A stretch of 64,000 nucleotides of DNA, taken from positions 66,334,862 through 66,398,861 of the forward strand of contig NC_090399.1 of NCBI RefSeq assembly GCF_036365525.1, read 5' to 3'. Under the pieces are notes generated by a model that was given only the letters and a program-made list of their open reading frames with translations, was not told where the DNA came from and did not search any database. The position numbers were made by a program, and so were the translations under genes. Below are positions 11,910 to 22,150 of the stretch, in pieces (position 1 is the first letter of the stretch; each line of letters begins with the position of its first letter). Source of the DNA: Heterodontus francisci. Taxonomy: Eukaryota.

Positions 11910-13895
11910 CTGAAACACAGAGACAGGGTTAGAATAGAGACTGAACCAGACACAGAAATAAATCCAACACAATCCCCACCCTGCACCCAGCTCTGTGTAT
12001 CTGTGTCTGTCTCTCCCAGTACTCGGGGTCTAGACACAGTGAGAGACTGAAACACAGAGACAGGGTTAGAATAGAGACTGAACCAGACACAGAAATAAAT
12101 CCAACACAATCCCCACCCTGCACCCAGCTCTGTGTATCTGTGTCTGTCTCTCCCAGTACTCGGGGTCTAGACACAGTGAGAGAGTGAAACACAGAGACAG
12201 GGTTAGAATAGAGACTGAACCAGACATAGAAATAAATCCAACACAATCCCCACCCTGCACCCAGCTCTGTGTATCTGTGTCTGTCTCTCCCAGTACTCGG
12301 GGTCTAGACACAGTGAGAGACTGAAACACAGAGACAGGGTTAGGATAGAGACTGAACCAGACATTCAAATAAATCCAACATAATCCCCACCCTGCACCCA
12401 GCTCTGTGTATCTGTGTCTGTCTCTCCCAGTACTCGGGGTCTAGACACAGTGAGAGACTGAAACACAGAGACAGGGTTAGAATAGAGACTGAACCAGACA
12501 TAGAAATAAATCCAACATAATCCCCACCCTGCACCCAGCTCTGTGTATCTGTGTCTGTCTCTCCCAGTACTCGGGGTCTAGACACAGTGAGAGACTGAAA
12601 CACAGAGACAGGGTTAGAATAGAGACTGAACCAGACACAGAAATAAATCCAACATAATCCCCACCCTGCACCCAGCTCTGTGTATCTGTGTCTGTCTCTC
12701 CCAGTACTCGGGGTCTAGACACAGTGAGAGACTGAAACACAGAGACAGGGTTAGAATAGAGACTGAACCAGACACAGAAATAAATCCAACATAATCCCCA
12801 CCCTGCACCCAGCTCTGTGTATCTGTGTCTGTCTCTCCCAGTACTCGGGGTCTAGACACAGTGAGAGACTGAAACACAGAGACAGGGTTAGGATAGAGAC
12901 TGAACCAGACATTCAAATAAATCCAACATAATCCCCACCCTGCACCCAGCTCTGTGTATCTGTGTCTGTCTCTCCCAGTACTCGGGGTCTAGACACAGTG
13001 AGAGACTGAAACACAGAGACAGGGTTAGAATAGAGACTGAACCAGACATAGAAATAAATCCAACACAATCCCCACCCTGCACCCAGCTCTGTGTATCTGT
13101 GTCTGTCTCTCCCAGTACTCGGGGTCTAGACACAGTGAGAGATTGAAACACAGAGACAGGGTTAGAATAGAGACTGAACCAGACACAGAAATAAATCCAA
13201 CATAATCCCCACCCTGCACCCAGCTCTGTGTATCTGTGTCTGTCTCTCCCAGTACTCGGGGTCTAGACACAGTGAGAGAATGAAACACAGAGACAGGGTT
13301 AGAATAGAGACTGAACCAGACACAGAAATAAATCCAACACAATCCCCACCCTGCACCCAGCTCTGTGTATCTGTGTCTGTCTCTCCCAGTACTCAGAGTC
13401 TAGACACAGTGAGAGACTGAAACACAGAGACAGGGTTAGAATAGAGACTGAACCAGACATAGAAATAAATCCAACACAATCCCCACCCTGCACCCAGCTC
13501 TGTGTATCAGTGTCTGTCTCTCCCAGTACTCGGGGTCTAGACACAGTGAGAGACTGAAACACAGAGACAGGGTTAGAATAGAGACTGAACCAGACACAGA
13601 AATAAATCCAACACAATCCCCATCCTGCACCCAGCTCTGTGTATCAGTGTCTGTCTCTCCCAGTACTCGGGGTCTAGACACAGTGAGAGACTGAAACACA
13701 GAGACAGGGTTAGAATAGAGACTGAACCAGACACAGAAATAAATCCAACACAATCCCCACCCTGCACCCAGCTCTGTGTATCAGTGTCTGTCTCTCCCAG
13801 TACTCGGGGTCTAGACACAGTGAGAGACTGAAACACAGAGACAGGGTTAGAATAGAGACTGAACCAGACACAGAAATAAATCCCAACACAATCCC
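11910..13895. repeat. 137-bp tandem array (14 full units + 1 partial) at the 3' end of intron 1
   Basis: The ctgaaacacagagacagggtt marker recurs from 11910 to 13828 in exact 137-nt steps (14 x 137 = 1918). Confidence 0.97.
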
Positions 13896-13929
13896 TGGAG
13901 ACTCGGGTCCGCTCACAATGAATGCTGTC

Positions 13930-15012
13930 AGTAATATAAAATTGGTTGGCAGACAGGAAACAAGGAGTGGGAATGGCAGGCAGTGACTACTGGGGTACCG
14001 CAGGGATGGGTGCTAGGACCCCAGCTATTCACAATATAGATTAATGATTTAGATGAGGGAACTAAATGTAATATCTCCAGATTTGCAGATGACACAAAAC
14101 TGGGTGGGAGGGTGAGTTGTGAGGAGGATGCAGAGAAGCTTCAGGGTGATTTGGACAAGTTGAGTGAGTGGGCAAATGCATGGCAGGTGCAGTATAATGT
14201 GGATAAATGTGAGGTTATCCACTTTGGTAGCAAAAACAGGAAGGCAGATTATTATCTGAATGGCTGTTAGCTGGGACTGGGAATATACAGCGAGACCTGG
14301 GTGTTCTCGTACACCAGTCGCTGAAGGTAAGCATGCAGGTGCAACAGGCGATAAAAAAGGCAAATGGTATGTTGGCCTTCATAGCGAGAGGATTCGAGTA
14401 CAGGAGCAGGGATGTCTTGCTGCAATTATACAGGACCTTGGTGAGGCCACACCTGGAATATTGTGTGCAGTTTTGGTCTCCTTATCTGAGGAAGGATGTT
14501 CTTGCTATAGAGGGAGTGCAGCGAAGGTTTACCAGACTGATTCCTGGGATGGCGGGACTGATGTATGAGGAGAGATTTTGTTGGTTAGGATTATATTCAC
14601 TGGAGTTCAGAAGATTGAGGGGGGATTCATAGAAACCTATTAAATTCTAACAGGACTTGACAGGGTAGATGCAGGAAGGATGTTCCCGATGGTGGGGGAG
14701 TCCAGAACCAGGGGTCATAGTCTAAGGATACGGGGTAAACCTTTCGGGACTGAGATGTGGAGAAATTTCTTCACCCAGAGAGTGGTGAGCCTGTGGAATT
14801 CGCGACCACAGAAAGCAGTTGAGGCCAAAACATTTATGTTTTCAAGAAGGAGTTAGATTTTGCTCTTGGGGTGAAAGGGATCAAAGAGTATGGGGCAAAA
14901 GTGGGAACAGGTTACTGAGTTGGATGATCAGCCATGATCATCATGAATGGCGGAGCAGGCTCAAAGGGCCGAATGGCCTACTCCTGCTCCTATTTTCTAT
15001 GTTTCTATGTAA
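13930..15012 (+). mobile_element. 5'-truncated CR1 LINE (RT C-terminus + 3' tail)
   Basis: GVPQG/FADDTKLGG region, [15 protein letters not shown], and the tail ggcctactcctgctcctattttctatgtttctatg. Contains stops and frameshifts. Confidence 0.93.
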
Positions 15013-15059
15013 TAGGCCGAGACTTTGGCCCAGTCACATTGAACACCGTATGAGTGAGA

Positions 15060-16696
15060 GGAGTCTGGGGTAACTCACCCACTGGCAGACTGAGGGTGAG
15101 GGGTCTGGGGTAACTCACCCACTGACAGACTGAGGGTGAGGGGTCTGGAGTAACTCACTGACAGACTGAGGGTGAGGGGTCTGGTGTAACTCACTGACAG
15201 ACTGAGGGTGAGGGGTCTGGGGTAACTCACTGACAGACTGAGGGTGTGGGGTCTGGGGTAACTCACTGACAGACTGAGGGTGAGGGGTCTGGGGTAACTC
15301 ACTGACAGACTGAGGGTGTGGGGTCTGGGGTAAACACCCACTGACAGACTGAGGGTGAGGGGTCTGGGGTAACTCACTGACAGACTGAGGGTGAGGGGTC
15401 TGGGGTAACTCACTGACAGACTGAGGGTGTGGGGTCTGGGGTAAACACCCACTGACAGACTGAGGGTGAGGGGTCTGGGGTAAACACCCACTGACAGACT
15501 GAGGGTGAGGGTTCTGGGGTAACTCACTGACAGACTGAGGGTGAGGGGTCTGGGGTAAACACCCACTGAAAGACTGAGGGTGAGGGGTCTGGGGTAACTC
15601 ACCCACTGACAGACTGAGGGTGAGGGGTCTGGGGTAAACACCCACTGACAGACTGAGGGTGAGGGGTCTGGGGTAAACACCCACTGACAGACTGAGGGTG
15701 AGGGGTCTGGGGTAACTCACTGACAGACTGAGGGTGAGGGGTCTGGGGTAAACACCCACTGAAAGACTGAGGGTGAGGGGTCTGGGGTAAACACCCACTG
15801 AAAGACTGAGGGTGAGGGGTCTGGGGTAACTCACCCACTGACAGACTGAGGGTGAGGGGTCTGGGGTAAACACCCACTGACAGACTGAGGGTGAGGGGTC
15901 TGGGGTAACTCACTGACAGACTGAGGGTGAGGGGTCTGGGGTAACTCACTGACAGACTGAGGGTGAGGGGTCTGGGGTAAACACCCACTGACAGACTGAG
16001 GGTGTGGGGTCTGGGGTAAACACCCACTGACAGACTGAGGGTGTGGGGTCTGGGGTAAACACCCACTGAAAGACTGAGGGTGAGGGGTCTGGGGTAACTC
16101 ACCCACTGACAGACTGAGGGTGAGGGGTCTGGGGTAAACACCCACTGACAGACTGAGGGTGAGGGGTCTGGGGTAACTCACTGACAGACTGAGGGTGAGG
16201 GGTCTGGGGTAAACACCCACTGACAGACTGAGGGTGAGGGGTCTGGGGTAAACACCCACTGAAAGACTGAGGGTGAGGGGTCTGGGGTAACTCACCCACT
16301 GACAGACTGAGGGTGAGGGGTCTGGGGTAAACACCCACTGACAGACTGAGGGTGAGGGGTCTGGGGTAACTCACTGACAGACTGAGGGTGAGGGGTCTGG
16401 GGTAACTCACTGACAGACTGAGGGTGAGGGGTCTGGGGTAACTCACTGACAGATTGAGGGTGAGGGGTCTGGGGTAAACACCCACTGACAGACTGAGGGT
16501 GAGGGGTCTGGGGTAACTCACTGACAGACTGAGGGTGAGGGGTCTGGGGTAACTCACTGACAGACTGAGGGTGAGGGGTCTGGGGTAAACACCCACTGAA
16601 AGACTGAGGGTGAGGGGTCTGGGGTAAACACCCACTGACAGACTGAGGGTGAGGGGTCTGGGGTAACTCACTGACAGACTGAGGGTGAGGGGTCTA
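15060..16696. repeat. 36/39/40-bp G-rich minisatellite (gggtctggggtaactcactgacagactgagggtgag and variants)
   Basis: Visible tandem units with three interspersed length variants. Confidence 0.96.
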
Positions 16697-16819
16697 GTCT
16701 ACTCCTGAACTGAGTCATTCCGAGTAGAGGGATTGAGGTTCAGGAATCTGTCATTAGGGACAGAGTGACTGAGCTCATGAATAAATATGAGCTGATCAGA
16801 GAGAGTCATGGATTTGTCA

Positions 16820-17265
16820 ATCCCTCCCCATGACCTACACTGACTCCCAGTTAAACAATGTCTCCATTTTAAAATTCTCATCCTTGTTTTCAAACCCCTC
16901 CCTGACCTCATCCCTCCCTATCTCTGTAATCTCCTCCAGTCCTAAAACCCTCCGAGATATCTGTGCTCCTCTAATATAGGCCTCTGAACATCCCTGATTT
17001 TAATTGCTCCACCATTGGTGTCCGTGCCTTCAGTTACCTCAGTCCCAAGCTCTGGAATTCCCTCCCTACACCTCTCAGCCTCTCCACCTCACTTTCCTCC
17101 TTTCAGACACTCTTTAAAACCTCCCTCTTTGACCAAGCTTTTGATCATCTGACCGAATATCTCCTAATGTAGCTCAGTGTCATACTTTGTTTTATAATGC
17201 TCTGTGAAGTGGCTCGGGATGTTTAATTATGTTAAAGGCGCTATGTGAATATAAGTTGTTGTTGT
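16820..17265 (+). mobile_element. L2-type LINE 3' end fragment
   Basis: Degenerate LH.LPV..FKILILVFK...RAF...PKLWNSLP coding remnant, followed by the tail aaaggcgctatgtgaatataagttgttgttg. Confidence 0.7.
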
Positions 17266-17446
17266 AATCTTTACACATTCAGGAGCTTTTCCTCACATTT
17301 GGACCAACTAGGAGGTTGTTAATGAAGAGGAACTAAGTGTCCCTTCTGAAAGGGAATAAATAATAAACTGTATCAAAAATACAGAAACCTTCCAGGAAAC
17401 TGAGTCTCTCAGATTAAAGTGAAATTCCCAGGCTGGGGGATGTTCG

Positions 17447-17735
17447 AGAGATACAGCACGGAAACAGGCCCTTCGGCCCACTGAGTCTGTACTGACCATC
17501 AACCACCCATTTTTACTAATCCTACATTCCTACCACCTACCTACACCAGGGGCTATTTATAATAGCCAATTTACCTATCAACCTGCAAGTCTTTGGCTTG
17601 TGGGAGGAAACCAGAACCCCCGACGGAAACCCATGCGGTTACAAAGAGAACTTGCAAACTCTGCACAGGCAGAACCCAGAATTGAACCCAGGTCACTGGA
17701 GCTGTGAGACGATGGTGTTAACCACTGCGCCGCCC
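17447..17735 (-). mobile_element. HE1-like tRNA-derived V-SINE
   Basis: tRNA-like head (ggcgcagtggtt...gggttcaat), V-domain-like ggtttcctcccaca, and CR1-type tail gggccgaagggcctgtttccgtgctgtatctc. Homologous to the copies at 21269 and 34391. Confidence 0.85.
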
Positions 17736-17849
17736 TTTTTATTTATTTTTTCTTCTATAAACTGAGTTTCTATACTTTTCCCACATGGGGGTTATTTGAT
17801 TTATTTCACCGCATTTTAACCCCTTGTGTCCCAGTCTCTCTGAGTTTTG

Positions 17850-17943
17850 CTGCTCAAGTGATATGAACCCATGTCCACAGAGCAATATCCTGGGTCTCTG
17901 GGTTATTAGTCCAGTGACAATACCACTACGTCACTGCCTCCCC
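17850..17943 (-). mobile_element. Short tRNA-like SINE head fragment
   Basis: Minus strand gtgacgtagtggtattgtcactggactaataacccagagacccagg...atgggttcata has A- and B-box-like motifs. Confidence 0.4.
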
Positions 17944-18022
17944 AATTGGATGATGCCATCCAATCCCCCTGGTGCCCACTGGGAGCAGGAGGCCTGAACA
18001 GTACCTGCGGACACCGCGCACT

Positions 18023-18215
18023 CCCTCTCCACCATCCAGTACACCCCTGACTCTGGTCAACTTGGCAGTGCCCTCTCCACCATCCAGTACACCCCTGACT
18101 CCGGTCACATTGGCAGTGCCCTCTCCTCCACCATCCAGTACACCCCTGACTCTGGTCACATTGGCAGTGCCCTCTCCTCCACCATCCAGTACACCCCTGA
18201 CTCTGGTCAACTTGC
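18023..18215. repeat. 48/51-bp tandem repeat, about 4 copies
   Basis: ccctctc(ctc)caccatccagtacacccctgactctggtca recurs four times. Confidence 0.9.
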
Positions 18216-18460
18216 CAGCCTGTGCCCTCTCCCTGCCAGCCACATGAACCTGGACTGATGGAGGTGCAGATTCCTGAGCAGCAGTTCCTGGAGTAGATCC
18301 ATCATTCCTGATGGGAGACTGCTCCGGCTGGAGGTCTCCATGTTCCAGATCCTGATCTGTTCCTGGTAAAAGACAGGCAGCTCCTGCACTTCCCACAGGA
18401 AGACCCCCAGGTTTTCAAACAGGAGCTCTGGACGAAAAATGTTGCAAGCGCACACCATCT

Positions 18461-19380
18461 GGGAGGAGGCTCGACGTACAGGTATCTCTACAGGGTCTGA
18501 AGGAGGAGACTCGACGTACAGGTATCTCTGCAGGGTCTGAAGGAGGAGGCTCGACGTACAGGTATCTCTGCAGGGTCTGAAGGAGGAGGCTCGACGTACA
18601 GGTATCTCTGCAGGGCCTGAAGGAGGAGGCTCGACGTACAGGTATCTCTGCAGGGTCTGAAGGAGGAGACTCGACGTACAGGTATCTCTGCAGGGTCTGA
18701 CGGAGGAGACTCGACGTACAGGTATCTCTGCAGGGTCTGAAGGAGGAGACTCGACGAACAGGTATCTCTGCAGGGTCTGACGGAGGAGACTCGACATACA
18801 GGTATCTCTGCAGGGTCTGAAGGAGGAGGCTCGACGTACAGGTATCTCTGCAGGGTCTGACGGAGGAGACTCGACGTACAGGTATCTCTGCAGGGTCTGA
18901 AGGAGGAGGCTCAACGTACAGGTATCTCTGCAGGGTCTGAAGGAGGAGGCTCGACGTACAGGTATCTCTGCAGGGCCTGAAGGAGGAGGCTCGACGTACA
19001 GGTATCTCTGCAGGGTCTGACGGAGGAGACTCGACGTACAGGTATCTCTGCAGGGTCTGACGGAGGAGACTCGACGTACAGGTATCTCTGCAGGGTCTGA
19101 AGGAGGAGGCTCAACGTACAGGTATCTCTGCAGGGTCTGAAGGAGGAGGCTCGACGTACAGGTATCTCTGCAGGGCCTGAAGGAGGAGGCTCGACGTACA
19201 GGTATCTCTGCAGGGTCTGAAGGAGGAGGCTCGACGTACAGGTATCTCTGCAGGGTCTGACGGAGGAGACTCGACGTACAGGTATCTCTGCAGGGTCTGA
19301 CGGAGGAGACTCGACGTACAGGTATCTCTGCAGGGTCTGAAGGAGGAGACTCGACGTACAGGTATCTCTGCAGGGTCTGA
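18461..19380. repeat. 40-bp minisatellite, 23 copies (ggaggaggctcgacgtacaggtatctctgcagggtctgaa)
   Basis: Exact 40-nt periodicity over 920 nt with no indels. Confidence 0.98.
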
Positions 19381-19499
19381 ATGTGGAAAGTCTCTGCCTC
19401 ACCAGAATTTACAGCAGCACAAGTGAATTCCGAAGTAATACCCGTAAACTGAACATAATTAAACCCTCAATTAATCGACAATTAATACCAAGCATTCGA

Positions 19500-19985
19500 T
19501 AGTGAGAAACTGCTCCCTCTGGTGCTCGAATCAGGAACAAGAGGCATCATCTGAAAATTCGAGCGAGGCCATTTCGGAGGGAATTCAGGAAACAATATCC
19601 CATATAAAGAGCAGTGGATATCGGGAACTCTCTCCCCCACCCCCCCTCCCCCCCAAGGCTGTGGATGTGGGGGCTCAACTGAACCTTTCAAAACTGAGAG
19701 AGATTTTTACAGAAGCAAAATACTGAGAATGTTGGAAATCTGAAATAAAAATAGAAGATGCTGGAAATACCCAGCAGGTTTAGCAGCATCTGTAGAGAGA
19801 GAGAAACAGAGTGAATGTTTCAGTTCAATAACCTTTTATCAGAACGTTGTTTCTCTCTCCGTTGTTAGCTTTTTATTTGGAAAGGATATCACGGGATAGC
19901 GAGCAAAGGTACAGATCAGACATGATTTAATTGGCTGGTGGGAGAGACTGGAGGGGCTGAAAAGCCTCCTGTTGTTGTGTTCCTG
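19500..19985 (+). mobile_element. Old CR1 3' fragment interrupted by a Penelope-like terminal repeat fragment (~19712-19860)
   Basis: CR1-like EKL.PLV...RGH.LKIRARPFR and tail remnants flank gatgctggaaatacccagcagg...cagcatctgtagagagagagaaacagagt, a common shark repeat that I attribute to Penelope-like elements. Confidence 0.55.
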
Positions 19986-19994
19986 TCTCCATCC

Positions 19995-21861
19995 CAGCCT
20001 GGCACCAAAACCCGCTCAGACCCCAATACCAACTGACCAAGGGTTAATACCCCAGTACACAGCCTGGCACCAAACCCGCTCAGACCCCAATACCAACTGA
20101 CCAAGGGTTAATACCCCAGTACACAGCCTGGCACCAAACCCGCTCAGACCCCAATACCAACTGACCAAAGGTTAATACCCCAGTACACAGCCTGGCATCA
20201 AACCCGCTCAGACCCCAATACCAACTGACCAAGGGTTAATATCCCAGTACACAGCCTGGCACCAAAACCCGCTCAGACCCCAATACCAACTGAGCAAGGG
20301 TTAATATCCCAATACACAGCCTGGCACCAAACCCGCTCAGACCCCAATACCAACTGACCAAGGGTTAATACCCCAGTACACAGCCTGGCATCAAACCCGC
20401 TCAGACCCCAATACCAACTGACCAAGGGTTAATATCCCAATACACAGCCTGGCACCAAACCCGCTCAGACCCCAATACCAACTGACCAAGGGTTAATACC
20501 CCAGTACACAGCCTGGCACCAAAACCCGCTCAGACCCCAATACCAACTGACCAAGGGTTAATACCCCAGTACACAGCCTGGCACCAAACCCGCTCAGACC
20601 CCAATACCAACTGACCAAGGGTTAATACCCCAGTACACAGCCTGGCACCGAAACCCGCTCAGACCCCAATACCAACTGAACAAGGGTTAATACCCCAGTG
20701 CACAGCCTGGCACCAAAACCCGCTCAGACTCCAATACCAACTGACCAAGGGTTAATAACCCAGTACACAGCCTGGCACCAAACCCGCTCAGACCCCAATA
20801 CCAACTGAACAAGGGTTAATACCCCAGTACACAGCCTGGCACCAAACCCGCTCAGACCCCAATACCAACTGAACAAGTGTTAATACCCCAGTACGCAGCC
20901 TGGCACCAAAACCCGCTCAGACCCCAATACCAACTGACCAAGGGTTAATACCCCAGTACACAGCCTGGCACCAAACCCGCTCAGACCCCAATACCAACTG
21001 ACCAAGGGTTAATACCCCAGTACACAGCCTGGCACCAAACCCGCTCAGACCCCAATACCAACTGACCAAGGGTTAATACCCCAGTACACAGCCTGGCACC
21101 AAAACCCGTTCAGACCCCAATACCAACTGACCAAGGATTAATACCCCGATACACAGCCTGGCACCAAAACCCGCTCAGACCCCAATACCAACTGACCAAG
21201 GGTTAATACCCCAGTACACAGCCTGGCACCAAACCCGTTCAGACCCCAAAACAAACTGACCAAGGGTTTTTTTTTTATTTAGAGATACAGCACTGAAACA
21301 GGCCCTTCGGCAAACCGAGTCTGTGCCGACCAACAACCACCCATTTATACTAACCCTACAGTAATCCCATATTCCCTATCACCTACCTACACTATGGGCA
21401 ATTTACAACGGCCAATTTACCTATCACCTGCAAGTCTTTTGGCTGTGGGAGGAAACCGGAGCACCCGGCGAAAACCCACGCAGACACAGGGAGAACTTGC
21501 AAACTCCGCACAGGCAGTACCCAGAATCGAACCCGGGTCCCTGGAGCTGTGAGGCTGTGGCGCTAACCACTGCGCCACTGTGCTCAGACCCCAAAACCAA
21601 CTGACCAAGGGTTAATACCCCAGTACACAGCCTGGCACTGAGACCCTCTCAGATCCCATTACCCACTGACTGAGGGTTAATACCCCAGTACACAGCTTGG
21701 CACTGAGACCCTCTCAGTCCCCATTACCCACTGACCGAGGGTTAATACCCCAGTACACAGCCTGGCACTGAGACCCTCTCAGACCCCATTACCCACTGAC
21801 TGAGGGTTAATACCCCAGTACCCAGTCTGGCACTGAGACCCTCTCAGTCCCCATTACCCAC
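19995..21861. repeat. 64/65-bp minisatellite beginning at the exon 1 splice donor, split by a SINE
   Basis: Unit cagcctggcaccaaacccgctcagaccccaataccaactgaccaagggttaataccccagtaca. A variant subtype lies to the right of the SINE. Confidence 0.96.
21269..21583 (-). mobile_element. Full-length HE1-like V-SINE with A-rich tail
   Basis: A box tggcgcagtgg, B box ggttcgattc, V-domain gggtgctccggtttcctcccaca, CR1-derived tail and poly(A). Flanked by a ~30-bp direct repeat. Confidence 0.92.
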
Positions 21862-21910
21862 CTGCAGAGACCCCTCCACACAGAAGGACGAACACTGTCA
21901 GTCCAATCAT
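21862..21910 (-). CDS. UAA: MHC class I heavy chain exon 1 (leader peptide MIGLTVFVLLCGGVSA + 1 nt)
   Basis: Minus strand reads ATGATTGGACTGACAGTGTTCGTCCTTCTGTGTGGAGGGGTCTCTGCAG|GTGGGT. This is a hydrophobic 16-aa signal peptide ending VSA with a phase-1 donor, which joins exon 2 (G|AT = Asp). It lies just downstream of the SXY/CCAAT promoter. Not in the ORF track (too short). Confidence 0.9.
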
Positions 21911-22080
21911 TGCTGCTTGACTCGATGGGCTGCCAATCATTTCCCAAGAAACTGTCTTCTCTCTGTCCGTGAGTTGTACCCAGTCTGGATCCTGATCCTT
22001 CTGGACTGTGTCTGTGCCCAGAACTATATGTCTGTGCCCTTTACCCAGGGCTGGTTGTATGAATCACAGAAACCTCCAGA

Positions 22081-22150
22081 CTGATTGGTTCAATGGTATG
22101 TTAGTGTCCAATGAGAATAAAAACAGGCTGTGAGTCAGCAGACTCTGGGT
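22081..22150 (-). promoter_or_regulatory. Proximal X2-Y-CCAAT module of the MHC I promoter
   Basis: Minus strand: CCCAGAGTCTGC-TGACTCA (22131-22137), 18 nt, ATTGG (22108-22112), 19 nt, CCAATCAG (22081-22088). This order is typical of class I promoters. Confidence 0.65.

Larger units (their letters stand above)
17985..19395 (-). mobile_element. Tx1-like (L1 clade) non-LTR ORF2 fragment, internally expanded by two minisatellites
   Basis: After collapsing the repeats it reads QTLQRYLYVEPPPRWCALATFF ... ELPVFYQEQIRIW ... QELLLRNLHL ... TRVRGVLDGGG. This resembles the post-RT region of Tx1 ORF2, recognised from memory only. Confidence 0.55.

Noticed and set aside
11825-13916. Family of small 64-105 aa ORFs in the 137-bp array as real genes
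   Set aside because: They have non-ATG starts and are by-products of periodicity. Only the embedded alpha1 fragment is meaningful, and it is frameshifted.
19397-19460. Alternative MHC leader exon (ATGTTCAGTTTACGG...G|GTGAGG)
   Set aside because: The ATG frame hits TAA before the donor. 21862-21910 is a much better leader and has a promoter.
21500-21583. tRNA gene
   Set aside because: This is the tRNA-derived head of a SINE, continuing into the V-domain and LINE tail.
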